Assembly: GCF_004010195.1 (NCBI RefSeq)
Contig: NC_057749.1
Location: forward strand, 21,674,331 to 21,738,330
From: Chiloscyllium plagiosum
Lineage: Eukaryota
Reading direction: 5' to 3'
DNA length: 64,000 nucleotides
The position numbers were made by a program, and so were the translations under genes. The notes below the pieces were generated by a model. It was given only the letters and a program-made list of their open reading frames with translations, was not told where the DNA came from and did no database searches. Shown here piece by piece: positions 37,330 to 49,655 of the stretch (its first letter is position 1; each line of letters starts with the position of its first letter).

Positions 37330-38165
37330 ATAGAGCCATAGAGCCATACAGATGTACAGCATTGTAATGGTCCCTTCAGTCCAAATTGTCAGCGCCTATC
37401 AGATATCCTAAATGAATCTAGCCCCATTTTCCAGCATTTGACCCATATTCTTCTAAACCCTTCCAATTCAAAAACCCATCCCAATGTCTTTTAAATGTTG
37501 TAACAGCACCAACCTCCACCACTCCCTCTGCCAGCTCCTTCCATATATGCACCACCCTCTGCGTGAAAAAGTTACCCCTCAGGTCCCTTTTAAATGTTTC
37601 TCCTCTCACCTTAAACCTTTGCTCTAGATTTGGACTATCCTATCCTGGGAAAAAGACTTTGTCTATTTATCCTAACCGTGCCCCTCATAATTTTGTAAAC
37701 CTCTATAAGGTCACCCCTCAGCCTCCGACGCTTCAGGGAAAACAGCCCCAGCCTGTTGAGCCTCTCCCTGTAGCTCAAATCCTCCAATCCTGGCAACATC
37801 CTTGCACATTTTTTCTGAACCTTTTCAAGTTTCACATCCTTCTGATAGGAAGGAGATCAGAACAGCACTCAATATCCCAAAAGTGGCCTCAGCAGTGTCC
37901 TGTACAGCCGCAACATAACCTCCCAACCCCTATACTCAATGCACTGATCAATGAAGGCAAGCATACCAACTGCCTTCTTCACCATCCAGTTTACCTGCGA
38001 CTCTACTTTCAAGGAGCCATGTACCTGCAGCCCTAGGTCTCTTTGTTCAGCAACACTCCCCAGGGCCCTACCATTAACTGTGTAAGTCCTGCCTGAATTT
38101 GCTTTATCAAAGTGCAACACCGCATTTGTCCAATTTAAACTCCACCTGCCCTTCCTCGGCCCATT
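37330..38165 (-). mobile_element. 5'-truncated CR1 LINE inserted into a DeuSINE-like element (head ~37190-37330, body ~38170-38320)
   Basis: QRDLGLQVHGSLKVESQV, LGLFSLKRRRLRGDLIEVYKIMRG and RGNFFTQRVVHIW. Confidence 0.9.
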
Positions 38166-38484
38166 GGTTCACATCATTGTTGTGAAATATATCTGGCTCA
38201 TTAATGCCCCATTTAGGGAAGGGGCCGATACGTGATTCCAGATCCATGTGGTTCACTCCTAACTGCAGTAGGCTAGCTGTCATTCAGTTCAAGGCCCAAA
38301 GTCGATCCCACGGAAGGATAAATTATTTTTTAAAAGTGGTTCTGAAGCCTGGATGCAGAAACATTGCTCCTCCATCAGGTGGTTGTGTCTACCAAGCAAA
38401 GTGGCAATGGTGAGGGTAGCAGGATTAAGAACCAGGGATACCACTCTGGCAGGGGGGCTGGATGAAGTGCCGATCCTGACTGAC

Positions 38485-38965
38485 CACCTGATGAAGGGGC
38501 AGCGCTCCAAAAGCTAGTGCTTCCAATTAAACCTGTTGGACTATAACCTGGTGTTGAACTGGAAGGGCATGGGGTGGACTGAGCGCCAGAAGGTGTGTTG
38601 GGGTGGGCTGCCTTAGAGTGGCTGGAAGGTGGGAGGGACAGGGGCTTGCTGGGTCTGTATTGTCTGCACTTTTTTTAATGAAACTGGATTATCTTATGTA
38701 TAAAGGTCATTGTTGCTGTCTTTTTATATTTGAAACTTGGATTTGGGGTTTGTCCTCATTTCCCTGTAAACTGGTTGAGCGGTAGGGGTTTGGGGCCTGG
38801 CTTTGCTGCTCCTCTCCCTTGTAAAATTGCTGTTGTATACAACTGTAAATGTTAACTGTTCTTTGTAAATTGTTTTGTAATTTGTTTAATAAAATATTAT
38901 AACCTGGTGTTGTGTGATTTTTAACTTTGTACGCCCCAGTCCAACACCGGCGTCTCCAAATCATG
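38485..38965 (+). mobile_element. Family B hammerhead element split by a 341-bp insert with 15-bp TSD
   Basis: cac-CTGATGA-aggggcagcgctcc-AAAA-gcta-gtg at ~38486-38519. tataacctggtgttg is duplicated at 38542-38556 and 38898-38912. Confidence 0.8.
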
Positions 38966-39884
38966 GACGCAGACAGTGAGAGAGACAGAGGGAGACACAG
39001 TTGCAGAGCTTTTACCTGCTGGGCAGACACGAAGGAGACATCCTCATTTTGAAACCTGATCAGTTTGGACTAGCTGTGTATGAAAGGCAGAGACAAATGG
39101 ACACCAGCGCCCCTAGAGAGGGCCACACACCACTGCACCATTCCTTACCTTCCAATGTCTCAGCTGCAAACCATCACTACATCTTCTTGATAAATCCCGA
39201 ATTCAAAGATGCAGAATACTTGTATTCAATAACACGTACAAGACCTTTGCTGCTAGACCTGCTGAGCCTTTCCTGCATTTTGTTTTTGTTTCTATTTCTG
39301 ATTTCCCGCATCCATAGTTCTTCCTGTTTTCACTTTTCACCCTCTGTTTGTAGCTGCCTTACAGGTGTCTTTTCCCCCTTACACAGTGCTACCCAAATGC
39401 AGGCGACCTGAGGGGAATTGCAGCTGACGGTCTCAGACACCATCAGGCTCAGACAGCCTGGCTTTTCCCTGCACTACGCGAAATATGGGCCACATTTGCA
39501 GTCTGGCTGACTGGCAATACCAAGGGAACCAAGTGAAGTGGCAATGGCGTGGGCAGCAGGTTTAAGGACCAGGGAGGACACTCTGGCAGGGAGCGGGATG
39601 AAGTGCCAATCCTGACAGACCAACTGAGGGGGCCTGGAAGCGCCTTTGCTCAACGAGACCCACAGTCACTCAGGGAACAGACTTAACCTGAAGGTCAGCA
39701 GACCTGGATCACATGATCAATTCTTTGCCCCTTCAAGTGGCACTGGCTGGGACAGCATTTATTCTCCATTCCCTAGTTCATAAGAAACTCTACAGCGCAG
39801 AACACCATTCGGCCCATTGAGTCAGCACTGGCCCTCTGAAGAACAATTGTGCTATAAGAACTCTTTTTTTTCCCCCCCATTGCA

Positions 39885-40350
39885 GCGTAGGAGGTTGAGA
39901 GGTGACCGGAGAGGTTTATAAAATCATGAGGGACACAGACAGGATTAATGTCTTTTCCCTTGGATGGGGGGACTTCAAGATGAGGGTGCATGCTTGTTTT
40001 TTAGGGTGAGAGGAGAAAGATTAAAAAAAGACATGGAGGGCATTTTTTTTTTTTACACAGAGGGTGGTTCACGTGGAATAAACTTTGAGAAAGTGGTGGA
40101 TATGGATACAATTGCAACGTTTAAAAGACAGTTAGATAAGTACATGAACGGGAAACGTTTAGAGGGATATGGGCTAGGAACAGGCAGATGGGACTAAGGT
40201 CCAGATTAGAGTGGTGCTGGAAAAGCACAGCAGTTCAGGCAGCATCCGAGGAGCAGGAAAATCGATGTTTCAGGCAAAAGCCCTTCATCAGGAATAAGCG
40301 ATTTGGTTTGGGATTATGTTCAGCACAGACTGGAGGGTCTGTTTCTGAGC
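39885..40350 (+). mobile_element. CR1 3' end with nested family A arm (40200-40295)
   Basis: FRVRGERLK..FFYTEGG and gtggtgctggaaaagcacagcag...gcccttcatcagg. Confidence 0.8.
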
Positions 40351-40414
40351 TTCACGACGCAATGACATCCCACTCCGACCCACTGCCTCACCCTATCCAC
40401 ATTACCCTGCATAT

Positions 40415-40710
40415 CAGATTCGATTCCATACAGTGTGGAAACAGGCCCTTTGACCCAACAAGTCCACACCGACCCTCCGAAGAGTAACTCACCTAGACCC
40501 ATTTCCCTCTAACTAATGCACCCAACGCTACAGGCAATTGCCCATGGCCAATTCACCTGACCTACACATCTTTGGACTGTTGGAGGAAACCCACGCAGGC
40601 ACGGGGAGAATGTGCAAACTCCACACAGGCAGTTGCCCGAGGCAGGAATTGAACCCGGGTCCCCGGTGCTGTGAGGCAGCAGTGCTAACCACTGAGCCAC
40701 CGTGCTGCCC
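40415..40710 (-). mobile_element. HE1-like V-SINE
   Basis: Reverse-complement SINE consensus. Confidence 0.9.
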
Positions 40711-40999
40711 CAATCCACCCAGATGCTTCGAAGAAAGAGTTCACTGTTTTGTTACCGCTCTGAGAGTGGAGTATGTTTATGAGCCAAGGACCAGAATAAC
40801 AGCACATGACCAGTCACCACTCCAAACAGCATCATATCTCCGTTAGTCTGCCTAACTGCAAGTTTTTAGCTTATCGGTGAAGTAAACCTCTGGGGATTTT
40901 CAAGCAAGTTGAGCCTACACAATCTAATATTGAGTGGCAGCTTGGAACACAAGAATATGACACAATCCAGCCCCAAACAAAGCCAAAATACATCATTCA

Positions 41000-41035
41000 G
41001 GACAAACAAAGAACACAGTTAAGTAAAACTTTATT
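41000..41035 (-). terminator. GTF2A2: Poly(A) signal of GTF2A2: AATAAA at 41035-41030 with downstream GU-rich element
   Basis: Plus-strand tttatt at 41030-41035. Downstream on minus is aactgtgttctttgtttgtc, about 230 nt after the stop codon. Confidence 0.7.
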
Positions 41036-41262
41036 ACAGGTTTATCTTTCAAACATAAAAAAAGAGCCAGAAGTAGAATTTATAAAAAGTAATATTCGCA
41101 CTGATATTGTACATCCTGGGGGATACATTTAACCCCCCCCCACTACTTGTTCTTGAGTTGAAGCAGCTACAGATCCAGTAGCTGCCATCTAATAACCAGG
41201 ATTATTCACAATACGTCTGGTGTGGATGCTGTTTCACTGAAAGATCTTCATCCACTTTGGGA

Positions 41263-41288
41263 TTATTCCGCAGCATTCGAACCAGTAT
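41263..41288 (-). CDS. GTF2A2: Transcription initiation factor IIA subunit 2 (gamma), last coding exon: (N)TGSNAAE*
   Basis: Minus strand ...tttttcggtctacag|AT ACT GGT TCG AAT GCT GCG GAA TAA. The phase matches the preceding exon (A|AT = Asn), and the peptide resembles the vertebrate TFIIA-gamma C-terminus NTGSN..E. Confidence 0.9.
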
Positions 41289-41521
41289 CTGTAGACCGAA
41301 AAATGAAATATGAAAATCCACTTCAACGTTTAAAATGCCAAATATCCCAGAGCTGGGTGCTAGAGTAAGCCCACCCCATTTAACTGGAGAAGTGGAAATT
41401 TGCTGCACAAGAAGAGGCCATTCAACCCAACATGTCTGTGCTGGTCAAAGGAGAACTCTCAATCATAATCTCATTACCTGAAGGTCCCATAATATCAAGT
41501 GTCTTTTTTTCCTGTAGCTTA

Positions 41522-41718
41522 AAAATGTGTTGCTGGAAAAGCGCAGCAGGTCAGGCAGCATCCAGGGAGAAGGAGAATCGACGTTTCGGGCATAAGCCCT
41601 TCTTCAGCCCTGAAGAAACGTCGATTCTCCTGTTCCCTGGATGCTGCCTGACCTGCTGCACTTTTCCAGCAACACATTTGCAGCTCTGATCTCCAGCATC
41701 TGCAGACCTCACTTTATC
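41522..41718. mobile_element. Fold-back family A element in the last GTF2A2 intron
   Basis: Inverted arms around ttcttcagccctgaagaa. Minus strand reads CTGAAGA-a-gggc-ttat-gccc-GAAA-cgtc at ~41580-41607. Confidence 0.88.
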
Positions 41719-41904
41719 CTGTCTTTTTTTGTACACAGCAAAAGCTCTGGGTCTCCACCACCATTTGAAGTGAACTCCAGATGCCCTCTACTGGCCGTGT
41801 GAAGACATTCGGACAGAAGGAGAATGCATTTTCCTCAAAGAGGGGTATGTTGGACCCAGAGTCCTCAAATATATTTGAGGCCAAGGTAGACAGATTCTCA
41901 TAGT

Positions 41905-42205
41905 ATCATAGAATCCCATAAGCAGGCCATTCGGCCCATCGAGTCCAAACCAACTCTCCGAAGAGCATCCTACCCCTCTACCCTATCAGGTTACCTGGGC
42001 CAGCACATCCCTGAACACTATGGAACAATTTCCCACGGCCAATCCACCTAACTTACACATCTTTGGACTGTGGGAGGACACCAAAACACCCAAGCAGTGC
42101 TCACGCAGACACGGGAGAATGTCTGTGTGGAGTTTGCACAATCGCCAGCGAGTAGAATCGAACCTGGGCCCTGGCACTGTGAGGCAGCAGTGCTAACCAC
42201 CGCTT
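41905..42205 (-). mobile_element. HE1-like V-SINE
   Basis: Reverse-complement SINE consensus. Confidence 0.82.
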
Positions 42206-43034
42206 GATGAGCAAGGGGATGGTGGGTTATCAAAGTAGGCAGGAATGCGGAGTAATCAGATCAGCTATGATCGTACTGATCAGTGGAGCAGGCTTGAGGA
42301 GCTGAGTGGCCCATTCCAGCTCACTCTAATTACATGCCATTTCTAAATGTAATGAAAAGCACGCGGCCTACTATAGCAACCTGTGGATTGCAAATGGAAA
42401 CATCCTCCCAGTCACAAATCAAATTGCCTCCCACCGCTGAATCTTGCTGGTTCATACAATTAAGATTGTGTGTGTGTAAGCTACATCAAAACCTCTCTGC
42501 CAATGCCTTAAAAAAAAAAAGTTAGGTTAGTCAGACACAACGCCCCAGTGACAAATCCATGCTGTTGCCACTGATCAACCCATGTCTTTCTAAATAACAA
42601 CGCATACCGTCTCAGAAAATTTTCCAACAATTTATCCACTGGCACTTCTCCCTTTAAACTCAAATTCCATCGAGTTGTTGGGATGGAATGGAGAAGTCCA
42701 CTCTGAGCAAACACCCCTCAGAGAAATTCACCTGACCAAATGGGAACAAATCTTCAGATTTGATGACCTGCATCCTTTGGTTTTGAAGGTTGTGCTTAAA
42801 GAAATATTGGACCCACTGGCTTTGGTCTTCCAGAGGTGAATGCAATATACTTGAACATTCAGAAGCTCGTATTGGGCTGAGTACAGGTAGTGTTTAACCA
42901 GCCCACACTTTCAAAATCCAAAACAAATCACCCACTCAGGCATGATTCTGTGAATGGTGAGCACTTGCTGGAAAACTGTGAGAGAAAATGGCTACAATAA
43001 CAGCCAACTCAAGATAATCAGTCAAATTTGTAAC

Positions 43035-43305
43035 AGAATCCCTGGTGTGGAAGCAGGCCATTTGGCCCATTGAGTCCACACCAACCCTCCAAGAACATCA
43101 CTCACAGACCCACCCCATCCCTGTGACCCTGCATTTCCCATTGCCAATCCTCCCTAACCTGCACATCTTTGGACTGTGGGAGGAAACTGGAGCACCCGGA
43201 GGAAACCCATGCACTGGGAGAATGTGCAAACTCCACACAGACCATCGCCTGAGGGTGGAATCAAATCCAGATCCCTAGCGCTGAGGCAGCAGTGCTAACC
43301 ACCGA
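43035..43305 (-). mobile_element. HE1-like V-SINE
   Basis: Reverse-complement SINE consensus. Confidence 0.85.
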
Positions 43306-43861
43306 CCACCACTCGCATAACGGGTCTTTTATACTCACTGGAAGGCACAAGACATTTACATGCAGAGGACTGCTCTACATAAATAAACTTTGTTCAAGAC
43401 TGTTTTAACTAATCCAGAAATGCAAGGATAGATCCTAATGTTGTCAACTCAACTGGAAGGTAAAAGAGCTTCAGCCACTTTTCTCTCTGTTCTGCATTAT
43501 TCAAATAATAAAATATTTTGTCTTTTTCATAAAAACACATTGCATCACGCTGCAATATAAGTATTTAAAACTAAGGAATAGGAGATTTAGCAGGTATGGA
43601 TCAGTAGCCGGGAGGACAAGGGAAGCCAGCATTCAGGGGCTATTACTGCAGGGTTCAGGGTAGAGTTAAGATACTTGCAATGGAATACCAAAGAAACACC
43701 TTCAAACAAAGATCTGAGATGAGGTCTGAGTGAAGGAGGCTTGGGTGGAGCTTTGAAGGCTGGTTATGGGACAAGGGGGAAAAGTCTACCTAATTGTGGG
43801 GGAGGTTGTTTGCATGAAACATTATAGATCTCATTTCAGTCATATCAGAGGCATGAACACT

Positions 43862-43928
43862 CCACCCAGAGCCCACCAGCCTCCGCCCAGAGCCCACCAG
43901 CCTCCGCCCAGAGCCCACCAGCCTCCGC
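43862..43928. repeat. 21-bp tandem repeat x3 (CCAGAGCCCACCAGCCTCCGC)
   Basis: Direct reading; appears as PPRAHQP repeats in the ORF track. Confidence 0.9.
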
Positions 43929-44983
43929 ATTCTCATCAAAACCTTTCTCAATAGTCTTCTACATCAATGGGACCTACAGACATTCTAAAGGGCACTGGAT
44001 GATTATTTGAATAGAAAGTGCGTAAGGAAACAAGAAAGTGGCACTCGGTGATGATGCTCAGTTGAAGAGCCAGTGCAGGCATAATGGGGCCATGGTGCAT
44101 CCTTCTGACCATAATAATTCAGTGCTTCTGTGACATGAAGAGTTCCAAGATGTACTACATACATTTCCTGTTGCTGAAAGATTCCACTAAGCCCCTGGAA
44201 TAATAGCCCAGACCTTGCAACAGAAGATGGGCATTGCTGATGTGTAGGCTGTATTCATGCATTGGGATCACGCAAATGTCCTGATCCATGGTCATTACCC
44301 AGGAGCTCTAAACTTCCGAAGGGCAATCTGAAATCCTCCAAATAAATGCCAATTAGAGTTTGAACAGAACCCTTTTGTTTGGAGTGGGGGGGTCCAATCC
44401 ATTTAAATACTCTAATTCCTGGCTAACTATCACGGTAACTCTCAATGTTCCTCATGAGAGACACCTGACTCTTCCCCAGCCCCACCCAAAGATGATCACA
44501 CTCTACCATTCCCCCTCCTAGACCTGATGTACTATATCACTTTCCTCCCTCTTCTCCAGCTGACTCTCAGCTCTCACCCCAGACCGGACCCTCTCCCAGG
44601 CATCAAACTACCTACCTTACTAAGCCAACCACTCTGCCCCCTTACCCATGATTCCTTTCTTCAATCACCTGATTATTATTCATTTCCAAACACACTGAAA
44701 AGCTACGCAACAGCTGTTCAGTGTATTAATGTGGGGCTTGGCTTTCCCCGATTATACTGTCCGCAAGGATTAAAATAGATTAAAAATACACTATGCATTT
44801 CTGACGCCTCCAGCAGCAGCAGTTGGGTCCAGGAATATTGGCAACAGATGCAGGGTGTAAAAAAAAACCAAACACAAGAGCACCAATCCGACAGTGATTA
44901 CTACTTGGACTAATAAGTTCTCATGGGATTTTAAATCACAAGAAAAAAATGGGTGCATTCAGTTTTAATAAATTCCAACTCAC

Positions 44984-45110
44984 TTTTGCCATCACATGCT
45001 ACAATCTTCACTTTGTCGACTTTAACGAGTTCGGTAACCTCTCGAAACTCCACATCATTTAGGACAAACGTCCAAACATTATCACAGAATCTGTACGTGT
45101 TCAAAGAACC
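44984..45110 (-). CDS. GTF2A2: Transcription initiation factor IIA subunit 2 (gamma), penultimate coding exon (127 nt): [42 protein letters not shown]
   Basis: The peptide is the highly conserved TFIIA-gamma beta-barrel segment. Acceptor ttttgttctattttgaag|GGT; donor GGCAAAA|gtgagt. Confidence 0.97.
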
Positions 45111-45679
45111 CTTCAAAATAGAACAAAACCACTCAGATAAAGCAAGCGACGACAGCAACTGTATCAAGCAATGAACCACTGGCCCAAGGGTGATAGAGAA
45201 GGTGCCAAACCCAAAAGTGATTTAAAGCAAGTTGGAGGAAGATTGCAAAAGGATTTGCACATTCCACTCCTGCATCCTAAAGCGTTCAGATCACGCAACT
45301 TGAACCACTTTTCAAATCTCACTCGGAAACACTCAGGCTTAGACACAGAGGATTGCAAAACTGAACGCAGACAATATAGCTCCCATATTAATGTGACAGA
45401 GAGACAGGTTTATAGCATGGAACAATTTATGGAATATTAACTGAAACCAATATGTTTAATGATGATCAGAATTGTTTTATCTGATAACGAGATTAGTGCC
45501 ACTTGAATGGTACTGAACAATGTGCAATTAGCAAATATCCCTGTCTCTAATTTTATGATTTTTAAAATTTGCTCGTGTGATGGGAGTGCGACTGGAAAGG
45601 CCAGCGTTTATTGTCAATCCCTAATTGCCCTTGAGGAAGTGGTAAGCCATGTTCTTGAAACTGCTGCAATTCGTGACAG

Positions 45680-46570
45680 AAGTGGCAGATGGAGTTTAAT
45701 TCAGACAAATGTGAGGTGCCACATTTTGAGAAGATAAACCAGGGCAGGACTTACACAGTTAATGGTAGGGCCCTGGGGAGTGTTGCTGAACAGACAAGGC
45801 CTAGGGGTTCAGGTACGTAGTTTGAAAGTGGTGTCACAGGTGAACAGGGTGGTGAAGGCAGCATTTGGAATGCTTGCCTTCATCAGTCAAAGTACTGAGT
45901 ACTGGAACGGGGACACCATGTTGCAGCGATACAAGACATGGGTAAGGAAACCTTTGGAGCACTGAGTGCAACCAGAATTGTACAGTCATAGGAAGGATAT
46001 TATTAATGCCAAAATGACTTAAAGAGATGTTACTGAGACTGAAAGGTTTGAGTTATCAGGAGAGGCAACATTATTCCCTGGAGCATCAGATGGAGAGGTG
46101 ACCTTATAGAGGTTTATAAAATCACGAAAAGCACAGATAAGGTGATTTGGATGGATGATGTTGGACTGGGGTGGACCAAGTTAGAAAATCCCAACACCAG
46201 GTTTATTTGGAAGCACTAGCTTTCAGAGCGCTGCTCCTTCATAAGTTAAGGTGAATAGCCAAGATCGATTCCCCCAAGGTAGTGGAGTCCAAAACTAGAG
46301 GACATATGTTCGAGGTGAGAGGGGAAAGATTTAAAAGGGAGGAGTGGCAACATTTTCACTCAGAGGGTGGTGCGTGTATGGAATGAGCTGTCAGAGGAAG
46401 TGGTAAAGACTAGTACAACTACAACATTTAAAAGATATTCAGACAGGGACATGGATAGGAAAGGTTTAGAGGGATATGGGCCAATGCTGGCATATGGGAC
46501 TAATTGAGTTTAGGAGACCTGGACTGCATGGATGGGTTGGGCCGAAGGACCTGTTTCGCTGCTGTATACT
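45680..46570 (+). mobile_element. CR1 LINE 3' part with nested family B element (46146-46245, minus)
   Basis: GLGVQVRSLKVVSQVNRVVKAAFGMLAFI. The insert has a mutated core CTTATGA-aggagcagcgctct-GAAA-gcta-gtg and a taaggtga duplication. Confidence 0.8.
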
Positions 46571-46579
46571 CTGCGCCTC

Positions 46580-48400
46580 AATGTTGATGGAGCCATGATG
46601 CTTTGTGGAGAGAACTTTGTGCAAACATCTGTGAACACCCTCACTTCAGACTCAGTGATGGATATGCCATCACCTAAAGCATTGCAGACGACTGGGCTTA
46701 GGATGCTGCCATTAGGAAAACCTGCAGTGATGTTCTAGAACTGAGAATGTTTGACTGTAACCATCTTCCCTTCTGCTAGGTATGACTCCAACCAATGAAG
46801 AGCTTCCTTACTGATTCCCACCAACCCTAGCTTTGCTAGGGCTCCGTGATGCTGCAGTCAGTCGTATGCTGCCTTGATATCAGGGCAGCATACTCTCACC
46901 TCTCTGGAGTTTAGCTTTAAGCCTGTAGTGGACAACTGAGAGCAAGTTGTTGCTGAATAAATGCTGCTTCCTTGCAGTGATACTGACACGCTTTGTTAAT
47001 CATTAACAGTGGACTGAAGGGGACAATAATTAGCTAGCTGTATGTGGATGGGACAGGTCTCGGAAAACTTTGCACTCTGCTCAGTTGGTGCCTGTGTTGT
47101 GGCTGGACCACAACAGCTCGACAAGGGGGCACAGCTTGTTCTGGAGCTCTCCACCCAGGATCTTGTCAAGGTCCATGACCTTTGCAGTATCCAGAGTCTC
47201 CAGCCCGTTCTCATTATCAGGTGCAGTGAATCGACTTGGCCGTTTTGTGGTGTCTATGATGCTGGGAACCTCAGGAGGAAGCCGAGATGAACCATCCACT
47301 CAGCACCTCTGACTGAAGCTAGCCTTCCAAGCTTGGGAATGGTTTCAGAGCCAACTCCACCCGTTAGTTGTTTATTGATCAGTACTGGATATGGTATATG
47401 CTATAGCCATTATTGGCCCCATGCCTTTGGTTTATCCTGTTATGCCCATCCTGTTGGTTACATAATTGTTTGACAGTGTCAAGTGCACGCTGTCCTCTTG
47501 TTTAGTGTAGCAGGTTGGCATCTCACTTAGACTTATGGGTGGTGCTACTCCTGGCATGCCCTCCTACACTTCCCATTTAACCAACACTGGTTTGATGGTA
47601 ATTGTCAAATGAGGGACTTGCGAACTTACAAGATTACTGATTGTGCTGAAATGCAGTTTAGCTGCTGCTGATTGCCCATTGTGTCTTATGGATGTCCCGT
47701 TTTGAGACTACCGTTCCCTTCTGAGTCAAACCCATTCAGCATGATGGCAGTGCCACATAGTGAAGTGGACAGCACCCTCCGTGTGAAGACAAATCATTGC
47801 CTCCATAACAACTGAGGCTTTCACTTCTACCAACACTGTTGTAGATCAAATACATCAGGTAGATTGGGGAGGATGAGGTCAAGTAGAGATTTCCCACGTG
47901 TTGGTTTCTCTCATTACCTGACGCAGAGCAGTCTAGCAACCGTGCCCTTTAGCATTTGACCAGCTAAGTCAGTAGTGATGCCACTGAGTTACTCTTAGTG
48001 ATGGGTACCCACAATAACTTCTGTGCCCTTACTTGAAAGAAGCACAAAGTGTAGTAGCGTTCTACATTGAGAGCACTGACTCGACAGCTGAGGTGGCAGA
48101 GAGGACTCCAGATAGGTAGCAAGGGCTCATGGGTTATGATCAATCCCAGGGTAACAACTGTATAGCGCGATGCCATCCCCTCTGGTTGGTCTGAGCTGCC
48201 AGTGGGCCGATTGGTGATGGCGACGTCTCGGACATTGACAGTATGCTATCATTCTGTCTGAGACTGCTCTATGGCTGTTTCCTGACTAGTCGATGGGACA
48301 GTTTGGCCTATTTTGGTATGAGCCTCTGAACGTTAATGAGGAAAATTTTAAAAGATTGACAGAGTAGAGTTTGCCTTTGTTGTTTCCAGTGCCTAGGTCA
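46580..48400 (-). mobile_element. Old, highly degraded CR1/L2-group LINE ORF2 of a different family
   Basis: ORF 47081-47299(-) DGSSRLPPEVPSIID..RF...LDTAKVMDLDKI resembles the region preceding RT (LDxxKAxGPDxI). Confidence 0.55.
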
Positions 48401-49199
48401 ACAGTCCACCCAGACTGATAAAACTAAGTGCCATGCTGCGGTCAGTTAAAAGTCAGCCACACTGCTGTGGGGTTGGAGTCACATATAGGTCGGACTGGGT
48501 AAGTGAAGCCAATTTCCTCACAGAGTTCACATGGTTTCTCTTTCTACAACTAACCTTCAGTTTCACAGTCACTAATAATGTGCTAGTCTTGTTCGATATT
48601 TATTCATTCCTTCAGATCCTGCAGTAGGATTTGACCTTGTCACCACAGCATTAGTCAGGGCCGCCGAATCAACAGTTTAACTACATTACCGCTGTCCAAA
48701 TCGTAAACCTCATCCTGTGGAACTCCCGATGGTTACACGGAGGTCACAGTAGACCACGTGACCCCTCCAGCAAGGTCTGCCATCCCACAGCTAGTTTGCA
48801 ACCTAGCCCCATCGTCGTTTTTGGCCCTGTGCCTTTGGTTTAGAAAAATATCAACTTCAGATTAAAATTTACAACCGATCTAACATAAATTGTCATTTAC
48901 AGGTGAAATTTCTCAACTTCCTCCTACTTTTAGCCCTGAAAGATCAGGCTCGAAATTTTGCGCCACGTTCTTGGTATTGTACCCCCCAACCACAGGAAAT
49001 TGGATAGCCTTCATTTCCTGAAAACCCAAATCAAATCACCCTAAACTGAGCACACCATCCAACAACTCAATTCCTGAGTGCTTAAGAGTGTTGGGTGTCG
49101 TGGCACTCCCCCTCCCCCCCCATACATACTCTCTCTTCCTCTTCCCCTCCCCTCCCAACCTCATTCACTGACTGCAGATCTGATGTTGTGGTTGTTTGG

Positions 49200-49655
49200 C
49201 AGAGATCTACAGCATGAAAACAGACCCTGGTCCAACGCATCTGTGCCAACCAAACATCCCAATCTGACCTAGTCCCTTTTGCCAGCATTTGGCCCACATC
49301 TCTCTTAAACCCTTGCTAATTATGTACCCATCCAGATGCCTTTTAAGTGTTGTAATTGTGCCAGCTTCCATCACTACCTCTGGCAGCTCATTCCATACCT
49401 GCACCACCTTCAGTGTGAAAAAGTTGCCCCAAGGTATCTTAAAACTTTCCCCTCTCACCCTAAACCTGTGCCCTTTAGTTCTGGACTCCTCTACTCTGGG
49501 GAAACGATCTTCGCTGTTCACCCTATCCATAAGGAGCATGGATACTTCTATAAGGAGGGAAACAGACCCAGCCTATTCAGCCTCTCCCTATAGCTCAAAC
49601 CTTCCAATCCCTGCAACATGCTTGCAAATCGTTTGTGCATCTTTTCAAGTTTAAC
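49200..49655 (-). mobile_element. CR1 LINE 3' end
   Basis: FPRVEESRTKGHRFRVRG..GNFFTLKVVQVWNELPE. Confidence 0.88.

Noticed and set aside
43766..43954. Proline-rich ORF with PPRAHQP repeats
   Set aside because: A 21-bp tandem repeat inside the GTF2A2 intron on the antisense strand, with no other coding support.
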